Source: Lama guanicoe | Lineage: Eukaryota | Reading direction: 5' to 3' | DNA length: 64,000 nt | NCBI GenBank assembly: GCA_013239625.1 | Contig: MU057357.1 | Location: forward strand, 6,415,161 to 6,479,160 | Shown: piece by piece, positions 24,301-36,300 of the stretch | How positions within the stretch are numbered: the stretch's first letter is position 1 | How the letters are laid out: each line of letters starts with the position of its first letter | The notes under the pieces: model-generated | What the model saw: only the letters and a program-made list of their open reading frames with translations | Database searches by the model: none | What the model was told of the DNA's origin: nothing | Translations under genes and position numbers: made by a program

Positions 24301-27300
24301 AGCAGCCAGAATCCGAAGCCGGCACAGCCCACCCTCTGCCTCCTCGGCGAAGCGCCGCTGGTCTGGGCGCACGGGCTGACGGTTTCTCAGCCTGTCAGAG
24401 AAGCAAGAACTCAGTCCCAGGCCCAGGGGCCTGACCTGCATGCACTGGGGAGTGGGGCTGCAGCGCCAATCAGGCCTTCCCTCTCCCCACATCGTCTGTC
24501 CACTTTCCAGATCTGTCCCGCTGACCCTGGGCACCTGGGTTAGGGCTAAGTTTTCCCCCTGACTCTGTCATATCACCCCCTCCAGGAACTTCCAGACTAC
24601 CTCTGCCCACCTGGGTCTCTCCTTTCTTGGAATTTAACCACACTTAGAGTAGCACCAAGCTATTCAGCTCTTACTAATTTTTAGATTCTGTGTCATGTTA
24701 TTTATTTTAATGGACAGATAGCTCTCCCACTTCCCGAAAGAAATATGAAATAATTTACAATATCAAAAAGAATCAGTTAAAAGTGAAAAATAGAACCCAA
24801 ACCAATAGAAAGCTAAGCAAACTGAATAATCGAAGTTCAGGCATTTGGAATGAAACACTACAGCTGAGGCCTGAGTTTAACTCTGGGCTCTGGCAGCTCA
24901 GAAACAAATTATGTGTGGGCCTAGCACAGGGCTGGGCAAAGAGCAGGCCTCAAAAATCACCCTATTGTCAACTGATGGTGGTGGGGACAGGGGGTAGGGG
25001 GCCAGGCTTCTCCAGGAGTAAGATGACTCCTAGCCATTCATCCCAAGTGGACAGGCAGGAAACCATTAGTTCCCCAAACCCCTCCCTAGAGGGGAAGCCC
25101 TGAAACAGCCTGGACCTCAGGCAAGGGGCGGGGCATGTTGGGGGAAGCAGCACCACCATACCTAGGATGAGGCCCCCCGGGCAGATCACGGGTTGGTCCG
25201 CAAAGGGTCCACTGCCCTCCACCCAAAGCCAGGCTTCGCAAGGTGCAGCCTGGAGTGAGTGACACTGGCAGATGGTGGTCAGTGGCTGCTACTCACCAGG
25301 AGACCACCGGCTTGGGCTCGCCCTGCACACGGATGCTCATGGTGACATCTTGGCCTTCTCTTACTGACTGGTCCATAAGTGATACCTGAAGGGGGACCCC
25401 AAAGTGTCAGGGGAGACAGGGCCTAGCTTGGCTCCTGTGGGCAGGGGGTTCTGGGAGAGGGGCCACTTCCACACCAGTCTGACTGAGACCCAGGATGGCC
25501 CCAAGAACAAGAGGCCACACAAAAGAATAGGGGCACCCAAGAGGCTAGGGGCTGGCCTCAGGGATCTGACCTTGAAGGTTGGGGGTGCCTTGGAGCCAGT
25601 GTCAGAGGAACGGCGGTTCTGGCCGGGACTGAGCTTCATGGTGGGGGCTCGGGGCCAGGTCTCCCCGGGCTCCGGGAACTCCTCTGGGGGGCTCAGGTAC
25701 TCCTCATCAGAGGTGATGGGGCTGCTGAAAGGGGATGTGGATCCACCTGGAGGAGAAACAGAAGAGAGGCAGTGGCATAGAGAGAGATGCCAGGGGCAGA
25801 AGGGGGCAGAGAGACTGAGAGAGCTTGATCGATCAGCCCAGGATCAAGGTCCTGATAAGGTCTGAAATGTCACAGAGCCCACAAGCTGAGGCAGCCCCCC
25901 TCACCAGCCCTGCTCTGACTTCACTTCCTGCTTGCTGTGTGACGTTCCCCAGGTGTTTCTTGTCCCTCAGCCCCTGAGTTCTGCTCTGCCAGACTCTCCC
26001 AACCCTGACTCTGCTGGTCCTCCTGAGTGGGGGAACTACAGGGAATGGCCCGGGGCAAAGGATTCAGGAAGCAGGGGAGCGGATCTGGGCCTTATAGGAG
26101 TGTTGGAATTCCACTGGAGCAGGGCACCCACATTCCTGGCATGGAAGTGTAGGCTCCTAATGCAGGTGGTTCATGTCTCTGGACCCCAGAGTGACACAAC
26201 CAGGACACCCGTTTCTTGGGTGAGCCGGGCCTGGTGCAGAGGAACACACACACCTCAGACAAGCCCCATCCTGATCTCAGTGCCAGGGCCAGTGAGACGG
26301 CACTGTCCAACCAGCCCTTCCCCCACTCCCTTCTCAGCTTCCTGCGTCAGATACCCCAGGGGCACCTGTTGGCCTCAACCCTAGAGCATGGACCCCAAAA
26401 CTCTCAGGGGCTGGGAAAGCAGAGTTACAGTCATCCACAGAGAAGGCGGCTCAGCCTGGGAACGGGAGGGGGCACCAGTCTTGCTTTGGGGGAGAGGTGT
26501 CCCCAGGGCCCTGATGCCCTCCCCTGCAACTGGCCAGGGGCCCAGCCTCACTGAGCTGGCTCCCATCCGACTGCCAAATACAGACATGAATCTGCCACAG
26601 CCCCCTGGCCCCTCCTCCTGGTCCCCCACCTCAAGCCCCTTTGGCCCTGCCTCCCCCATGGGGCTGCACCCCAACTCACCCCAAGACTCTGACCACAGAC
26701 CCCAGGCTGCGCTTGTCGCGAAGTCTCTGTCCTGGCACCAGGCCCTCCTGCTGCCTGCCCACTGCCCACCCCCCACCCCTGCCCAGCTCCCCAGGGAGCA
26801 GGAGCCCAGCCTGCCCAGCCCCACTCACTCTGCTGACCCTGCCCAGGCTCTGCACGCGGTCCTGGGGGAGGGGAAGGAGCCTGAGGAGGGGGAAGGAGGA
26901 GGTGGGGACTGGCCAGACCGGGACAGGCTGGGTGGCAGGCAGGCAGCTGGCTGGGAAGGTGGTGCCTGCTGAGACCACAAGCAGCCCAGGCCCTGGAGTG
27001 GAGGGGGAGGAGCAGGGAGGGGCCGAGCGCAGCGGCTGTATTTAGCCACCCTGCTCATTCCCAAGCAGCGGGATCTGCCTTTTCTCTCCTTACAACTTCT
27101 GGACCCTGACAAATGCAAAGCCCCCTCAGCGGCGCCTCGACTCAAAGGGTGGGGGCCTCAGTCTCCAGAGGAAGATGGAGGGCGCAGTGCCCTGCAGCAG
27201 CCAAGACGCTTGCACTGACCCATTTGTTTTGACGTGTCCACCAGAGGAAGTACTGATGGCAAATGGCCCCTAGGATGCCCCTTTTCCTGACCAAACTGCC

Positions 27301-30300
27301 AAGATTCCTGACACTGGAATCCACCAACAAGCCTCAAACACTACAGAGCCAGGGCATACCCAGTCTTCCTTGGTGCTGAGAATCAGAGAGCTATCAGGAT
27401 CTTCAGTCTTCTTCCCAGAGGTGCCCCTCTAAACTTCAGGGGCCCAGAATCCCACCTCTGCCTCCCCAAACCTGCCATGGTAGGTTTGCCCCAAGTCACC
27501 CTGGGGTACTGGGCCTGCACCCAACCCTCCTCCTACAGGCTCTCCCAGGGCACCTGTTGGCAACGATCCCTCAGCCTGTCAGCCCCACCAGGGCCAACGG
27601 TCAGGAAGACGGAGGCTGCTTCCCGCAGTGATCCCTCACAACTAGCACCCATCTGGACTAGTGTGGGGAAGGGGCTTGGAGACAGAGCAGCAGAGTAGGG
27701 GAGCCACTGAGGAGAGGTCACATGGCTTCCTCCCGCCTCCCATCACCCCTGCTCAGGGCCACATTCCCAAGCTATGACCTGTGTTTCCCAGCATTGCCAG
27801 TGAAGAAGGAGGGGGGCCCACCATTCAGGTTGGCTGTCCTGAGGTGGGGGTGGAGAGAAAAGTCAGGACGGTACCTGGCGAGAAACTGCTCGGGGTTCAG
27901 TCACTAGCTAATGCTGAGATCACAAGCATGGCCCCTGGAGGCAGGCGCCCCCTTCCCTCCATGGAGTCTAGTGACCCTCTGGGGTCACCTCCAGGTTGGA
28001 CAGCACTGAGGCAGCTCAAGGGCCCAGGCAGGGACTGCAGAGATTTAATGGGCTGGGTTTGCAGGGAGCCTGAGACCCCTGGTGGTGGCTAGGGAAATAG
28101 CATGCTGGGGGCACGCAGTGACCAAGTGATTCTGAGGGCCCTCAAGTCCCTTAGAAAGGGGGGATGTTGGAGCAACCTAGGCAGGACACTTAGGCTCCAG
28201 AGGGGACAGAACGAGGCCTCTTCAAGACAATGCAGTGGCCCCCCACCCCTCTGTACCTCCAGAATGCATGGCCAAGGAGGGTACTCTAGGATCTCTGTTA
28301 TCAGCTCCCAGAGCCTCTGGGGCTCCACACCAGGCTCGGGTGACACCTAACTTTTCACTGGCCCCACTGCCAAAACCATCTTTGTAGTCAGTCCCTATAC
28401 CCCAGCCCTGCTCTACCCACACACCTGGCTCTCACTGTAAGAAACACAGTTACACCAGGCAGGGAGAGGGCAGCCAAATCTAGGATGCACATATGGAAGT
28501 ATTGCCCCTACACTCTGTGCCTTTGTCTGGCCTTTCAACACTGCTTCTAGGTCAGACTCATTCAATGAAAAGAATGGCATGGGGGAGTTCATAAGTCAGG
28601 AAGCCCTCACCCTTCAGACCAGTGTGTTCCCCTGAGCTGTTTCCAGGATAGATACAGTCACAGCCACCTACATGAAAGGCGTCACACAGGGCCCTCTATA
28701 TCAGGGCTTCTCAGAGTGATCCTTGAACCACTCACATCAGGGAACTATTTAAACTATAAATTCCTGGGCCTTACTCTGACCTGAAAAATTAGATTTCCTG
28801 AAACAGGGGTTGGGAAACTGCATTAAAAAAAAAAAGCCCCTCAGGTAATTCTTATGTACACGAAAGTCTACAGACCGCCATGACCCTCGCGGGAGAAGGA
28901 CAACCCAAAGAGGTGGTACACTAAGTCCCATCTCACTCAGCCACTAAATCTCAAGGCCAGGCTCTGAGCCTTGGAGGTCTGGCCCACGTGCTTCCCACAG
29001 CACCACCTGGCCTTCCACCAGGTGCAAGGTCCCTGACTCAAGGCAGTGGTGCTCAGAGTCCACCTTGCATGAGAATCACATGAAGGGCTCCTTAAACCAC
29101 AGCTTACTGGGCCCCACCCACAGTTTCTGATCCAGTAGGTCTGGCTGGGGTCAATAATACACATCTTTAACACATTTCTAAGGTGACGCTGGCACTCCTG
29201 GTCTGGAGAACACACTTGGAGGACCACTACTCTGTAGCCTCCTCTGCCACCCCAACCTCCACTCTCAGGCAAATCCTCATCACCTTTTGCAGATGCAGGT
29301 ACCACCCAGCCTCTGCAAGTGCCTCAGGTTGTTTCAGGGGCTTGGAAATTCACAGGAATCTCTACCCACAACTGCCACCTTGCACATAGCCCCTGTGGTC
29401 CACACAGCCCCTGACTGTCCAGGAGGGCCTCCAGGTATGGCTGGGAGGGCTGAGAGTAGTGAAGGCATGGTGCTGTCCTCAGGAACCTTCTGGCTGGTTG
29501 GAGCATCAAGCCAGATACACGATTATAACAGCAAGCAGGAATAAGGTGGCAAGGGAGGGGCAGATAAAAGTCACCGGAGCAGAGAGAGCAGGATGTTGCT
29601 TTTGGCTCAGGGAAGAAGGGAGAACTGAGGGCAGGGATATTAGAATTAAGAGTTTGGTTTAAGCAGGAAAAAGCATTCCTGGCAGAGGAAACCGCTTGAG
29701 CAAATGCTCTAAGGCAGAAAGCGTGTGCAGAGAACTGCAGCTTAACCGTCTGTCTGGGTAGGACTGGGTAAAGAAGGATTAGAGCAGGTCAACCCTTGGG
29801 TCATCTGCAGGTCCAGATGGTGGAGACCAGCTTCAGGAGCGCGGCCTTCACTCCAAAGGCAAAGTGGCGCTCCTGGAGGTTTCTGAGGAAGGAGGAACGT
29901 GCTGGAGGTTAACAGCACAGCTACACGGCTGGGCCAGTCACAGCCCTCTTCCCACATGCACTGTCTCAGAAGGTCCTCTAAAGAGATTTCTTTACTCATT
30001 TGCTGTGTAGTCCCGCCACAGAAGTAAGGGAAAAGAGGGCATAGGCTGGCCTATAGCTGGGAATTCCCGCAGGTGCAGTTATGAGTATCTCCCTTTGGAA
30101 ACGGAGCAGGATTGTGTTGAGAAAGTTTCCGTCTTGGTTTAAAATGGACATAGAAGCAGAAGGACTTTCACACAGTCGGCCTGGCCTAGCCATGGAAGTG
30201 TTATTTGGGGTTGCTCCATGTTTAGGTAAATTGGGACTTACAGTAGATTAGGTCCCCATTCTTCTGACAGCTGTGCATGACGACCCCCATTCTGAGGTAG

Positions 30301-33300
30301 CAGCCTGGGGAGGGCACCCATCGGGGCTGACCTGCTTCTGGTAGACAGGAAGGGGGAGGGAGGGCTGAGTTACCTCAAGGGACCGTGCTGCTTTCTTAGA
30401 TGCTGTCCAAACCCCAATCAAAGATGGACAACAGGGACGTGTGGCATTCCGAGATCCTTTCCATGGGCAGTCACTGCCTTCCCAAGGGAAAACCTGTAAT
30501 TCTGCAGCAGTCAGCCAAGACCAGGGCGAGGAGAAGTGGGGGATGCTGATGCTGTAATTTTTTTCCCTCCATTCCTTTTATATTCATGACCTTCAATAAA
30601 CCACCTCTCTTCTGTTATGATGGTGTTGGTCCTATGGGTGGGCTTTGATAAGCTATATCCTCCGGCCCAAATGTCCTTAGCTAAATCACCAGCCGCATAG
30701 AGCCTCACAAATCTTACTAAGGAAGTAGCCTAGGAGTTACAACAATCCTTGCTTTGTAGATGAGGATGCAGCAGCCAGCTAAGGGGAAGTACAAAGGCCA
30801 AGGTCTTGGCTGGAAAATGCTAGAACCCTGGGCTCAAATATATGAGACCTGCGCTTGAGGGGAGGACTGAAGGCAGCAGGACGGAGGCCCGGGTACGTGA
30901 AGCCCCCATCCCCCTTCCTCCTGACCAGAGCCTGTGGGGGTGAGCTGAGTGTGCACGCACCAGGCACGCAGGGAAACAAAGCAGGACCACAGCCATGGTG
31001 GGGGTGGGGTGTCAAGAGAGGAAGGAGAGAAAATGCCCAGACTGACCTACCCACAGAGGGCATCGCCAGTCTGCCCCCACCTCCCCACGCTGGGAGTTCA
31101 TGAGCACAATTCCACCCTAACCCTGATCCTCTTCAGAGCAGAAGGAAAGGGGTCAGGACAGTGCAGTGGTTAGAACTACAGGCTTGGGAGACCCAGGGAC
31201 AGGGCTTCAAATCATGAAGTCTCCCAGTGGCCTCTGCTCCTAGAGCTGAGCACCCAACAGGGTAGCCACTAGCTGCCTGAGACTATTTCAATGCACGTTA
31301 ACTAAAATGAAATAAAATGAAAAATTCAGCCACTCAGTCATACTAGCTGCATTTCACATGCATCTGTAGCCAGTGGTTACCCTGTTAGACAGTGTATAAG
31401 AATTCTATCATCACAGAACGTTCTACTGATCAGTGATGCTCTAGAGCAATTTGCCAAAGCTTTCCAAGTCTCGGTTTCCTCATCTGTAACGTGGGCATGA
31501 TAATAGAAGCTACCTCCCTGGGGGCGGGGGTTCAATGTGATAACACAAACAATACAGGGCCTGGTACACACAAAGCCTGCAGTAAATGCTAACTAGTCAT
31601 GTTATTTTTACCTGCCATCAGAACTAAGTTTATTTGCTTCATGGGTGAGTATTTCCATCATCTGAAATCACCTGTTGCTTCTAACATTCTTAGGTAGATT
31701 ATGGATGCTCACTAAAGGCTGCTGGCCTTGTGTGAGCTCTGTCACTCTACTTGCCGCATATTCATCTTTCCATCTGTAAAATGGAAATACTACTACCTGA
31801 GATGTTCCTCTGCAAGGAGTGTATATGGTGCGATGTAGCTCAAGTAAGGGAAGAGATGTGAAAGGGTTTGGGAAAAAAAGTTATCTGGCACTCTCCAAAC
31901 ACAAGAAACTGTTTAGAGAGATGTAGCACTTGGCAACCAGGTGCTACTCAAATGCTTGTGTGATGGATGTGGGCAGCATCAAGAATGCTTAACTTCGGTT
32001 AAGCACACTTCTCACACTCCCCAGCCACCTGCCCCAAAACATACACACCTTCCGGGAGTGTAACTGTGGTCTCTGGAGTCATTCAGTGGAGTAGGGTGGA
32101 ATGGGAGGGACCCAGAGCTGGGGTGGGGCTGCCAGGGGGAGTGAGGACAGACCCTGCTCTGCCAAACCTGGGAAACTACATCCCTAGTTGCCCCAGGGTT
32201 CCCAACCAGAAATTGAGATCTGTGGGCTCTCAAAAGCATGCTCTGTTGGCAGGGCATCCCAAAAGGGCATGGGGCAGCCAGCCCTGGTTACCAAGGGGGT
32301 CATGAGGAGCGAAAAAGGCGGGTGGTTCCACGAGGCCTCTTCCCACAAGACGCTACACACTCCCTCCCTCAACCCGCTCCCCCTCTACTCACACCACACT
32401 GCCAGACACCCTTCTGTTGCCCCACCCACTCACTCCCTACAGACTCCAGCCCTGGGACCCCTCCCTTGCCAAATGTCTGTACCACCCACTGGTTCTGTCC
32501 ACTCCTACTGCTCTCTGGGTCCATTGGCCCCTGTCCAGCTGCTCTGGACCAAACAGTGCCTTCTAGGGTAAGAAAATCTGCTTCCTCCATGCCGGCTGAG
32601 TCTAGACTCACGTGCCTGCCCCTCAAGCCCTGGGGCCCTCCAGCCAGCTTGACTTACAGGAGCTGTCCTCTGGCTGCAATGCCTGCTGAAACTGACTCAT
32701 GGGATGAAGCTTTCTGGCTCCCCAGGGTGGAGGAGGCACAGAGATGATGTGATGGGCTGAGGACCCAGGGGCTGGGAAATATGGAGGGGCTGAGGGCCTG
32801 GCAAGGGCAGGGGAGGAGTTCCCAAGGCACAGACAGTCTGAAGAAAGGGTAGAAAAGGAAAAGGCAGCTTCCCTGGAGCCCCGTGGAAGCCTACACTCCT
32901 GTGCACAACATCACCCCTTAATAACGCTAACAACTAACATTTGTCTACAGCTTTACAGTTCATAAAGCTCGTTCACACATTTGCTTTCATCGTGAGGATG
33001 GTATAATTATCTCTGGTTTACAAATGAGGAAACTGAAGTGCAGGGAGGTTCAGCATGGTGAACATAGAACTCCCAGTCAAATGCTGACAACTGCCTTGCC
33101 CCAAGCCTCCTTCCCAACCTTAAAAGGCTCCCAAATTGGCCCTGAGCCAGTACTGGGGCAATCCCCTCCCCGGCAACTCCCCTGCGAAATCTTAGACCAA
33201 GCCAGGTATTGACTCAAGTCCTGGGGTCAGATCTGGGCCCCCTAAGGGGAGCTGGGAGCTGAGTCAGAAGCCAGATCCCAGAGGTGATGGAAGGACGGAA

Positions 33301-36300
33301 GCATGCAGTGGAGGGACGGGTATGATTCAGTATGGCGGGAGGGGCAAAGAGAAGGAGAAACCCTAATACCCGGGCTCCTGGGAGGGATACGTAAGCTAAA
33401 GAAGATGACGACTTGTAGGTCTGCAAAGTCAGACAAGTGCAACTGAAAGGATCTAATGCAGGATGGGAACTCAGGTCAGATACCACCAAGAACTCCCTAA
33501 TCATGAAGGTACCGAGGCCCCAGGACCACAGCAAAAAGAGCTCTGTTATCTTGTCTCCTGCAGCACTGAGTGAAAGAAAGGGACAGAACACTGTGTGCTG
33601 TTCCCCTCCAGGCATGCCCAGCCCCTCCCTCTGCCGGTCTAATTCCCAGGCTCCTTTGGGGCTCTGAGGGCTCTCAGTCCAGCATCCCACAACACTGGCT
33701 GATCACTTGGCTGTTCTAGGCACCAGGTTCATCTGCCTTGCATCCAACCCAGGTCGTTTGATCTAGGCTGCTTACCCAATGGTGATATCCTTGAGGTTTG
33801 AGTCTGCGACTTTGCCTTCTGTTAACACCCCCTTACCCAGCCTCACCTCCCCATACCACCATTGGCTCAGCATCTGTACTTTGTCCAGCCCAGCAACCTG
33901 AATGACTTAAACTGGCCATGGACACTGACACCAGCCCAGTCCAGCCCTGAATCAGAAAGAAACTGGGCTTAAACCCAAAGAGAGTAGTATGACACCAAGA
34001 GAGGATTTTCATAAAAATAGAAAACAAGGCAGCCTTGGCCACTGCCATCTCCTGAGAGGTGCTCTCAGCTGCACCTTCTTTAGGGCTCTGGGTACAGCAG
34101 AAGGAGCAAGGAAGCAGAGGAGAGTTGTGGCCCTTTAAATCATCTTTTTACTGGGTTTAAGAGGGTGCTGTTCTAGAGAAGAAATGACCTCAGAAGACTC
34201 CTAAAGGCTTTTAAGCCCTTTGAGCTGGGAGATTCTTCTTCTCTAAGACTGCAGGATAATTTGTTTTCCCCACAGGATCCTGTTGAGGGAAATGCCACAG
34301 AAGGATGGATATCTAAAGAGAAATTTCAATGACTTCATGAGTTGGCCAGCCTCATGTGTCCCTTGGGAATTTGGCCCCTGCCCTGAGGCCAGGGACATTT
34401 AAAATGCTTCGCCCAGAGCAGCCAACACACCAGAACACACTGTGCACACTGGTTGAGAGCCCAAGCTCCAGGCTGGGAGCGGGAAGGGTCGCTGCTCACC
34501 TCACCCAGCCCTGGGGCCCACGGGGTCCCTACCGGGTTTCACAGCCAGCGTGGCAGCACAGCTGGCCTGGCCCAGCTCGTTGGTGGCAGTAGCTGTATAG
34601 CTCCCGGCGTCAGCCGCCCGGGCCTCCCGGAGCAGCAGGGTGTGACGCTCGCCTTCAGCCCGGATAAGAAGGCGGCCATCACTGCGCAACGAGGACCCAT
34701 CCTTCTGCCAGGACACTGTGGGGAAGCAGCGGGGTGACCAGGTTGCCATGGCCCACAGGGCTCACTGGGGCAAATCTCCCCCTACCTGGCACAGAGCTTG
34801 TAGCACTCCTCTCCCCACCCTAGGGAATCCCGAGGACTCCCCCTCAATCACAAAAGCCCAGTCTGCCCTCTCCTCTCGCAAGGAATTCTGGGAAAGCTCC
34901 CTAACACACACAAAGGAGTCCAGACAGCCTCTGGAAGCAAATGATCTCCCTTCTTTCCCTACCCTCTCCTCCAAGGACTGGGGTGGGGGCAGGGAGGGAG
35001 GAACCTCCCCCTCTCTGTCTCAATCTTCTCCAGGCCTGGAGCTTACCTTGGGGTGGGGGGTTGGCAGTGATGATACACTTGAGCAGCACGTCCACCCCTG
35101 GGGCCACCACCGCATTCTGCAGGGGGATCTCAAACACGGGGGCCTCTAGGGGCTCTTCTCCAGCAGACACATAGGAGTCATCCGAAGACTCTGTTGGAGA
35201 CACAGGTGACAGGGTAAGGGAAATGGTCCCTGTGGGCATGAAGCACGGGGAGAGGGGGCAAACCCAAGAGAGGGGCTTCTAAAAGGCAAGGCTTGGGGAG
35301 TGAAGGGTGTCTCCCCTGAATATCCTGAGACAGGGAAAAAAGGAAGACAGAAGAGTGTTCTTAGGCAGGACAGAGTGGCTGGGAATCTATGATAGTTTGG
35401 CTGCTCCTCAGTTTCAGCCACAGTTAGAGTGTTGGTTTCTGGAGGAAGACAGGGACTGTGCTGTGTATGTCTCTACACAGTGGTCATGAGGGGTGGTAGA
35501 TCACGCCCCATGCAAGGTGCTTTCAGGGGGCACGTTACAAGCTTCCAAACAGAGGACAAGCCAATGGTATGCAAGCTTTAAACAATAATAGTGTCAAAGG
35601 GCAATACATGATGCACTGTCAAATTAGTGATGCCACTGGATTCAAAAGAGGGAGCGGCAGGTGCTTCTGGCAGCCATCTGAGAGGCCTCATGAAGATCAG
35701 CTTTGACTGTGTCCATTCACCAAGCAGTAATACTGCACTTACTGCTTACTCTGTACGGATACCAGGCATACAACAGGAAAAAGATACAGTCTCTGCTTAC
35801 AGGAAGCTTGTACACACAAGGAGATCAGAAAACTCCACTGTCATGGCTCTCTCTGGGTATTTTCTAAGTCTGACATTTTATAAGCTAGATAAAGCACAGT
35901 CTGGAAGCCAAAAGAGCAGTGAGGATCTCAATTATGCTATTTTCTAGCTACAGAACCTTGGGCAAATTGGATAATCTCTCTGCGCCCCAGTTTTATCTGT
36001 TAGATGGAGCTGATAAATAACACCCAATGTCTTGCAGAGCTGGCATACAGATTAAAATCAAGTAACATCTCTAAATGCCTAGTTAATGCAATGCCTGAGA
36101 CATGGCTGTGGGTATGCAAAAAATGTGACTAGCAGGATGATGAACAGGTGCTCAATCATCTCTAAAGATTTTGAGGCAGTAATACTAAAATGAAAAATAA
36201 TGTGATGAAAATAAAAATACTGGGTGGTAAGTGCAATAAATGGGACACTGACAGGGCGTCCTGGGAGCAGTGGGTAGAGGTATTTGGCCTGGGGGAGCCA

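Noticed and set aside
29790-29882. Possible cryptic exon in intron 6 (ttcctccttcctcag acceptor)
   Set aside because: It reaches a stop after about 11 codons, with no convincing donor or nearby poly(A) signal.
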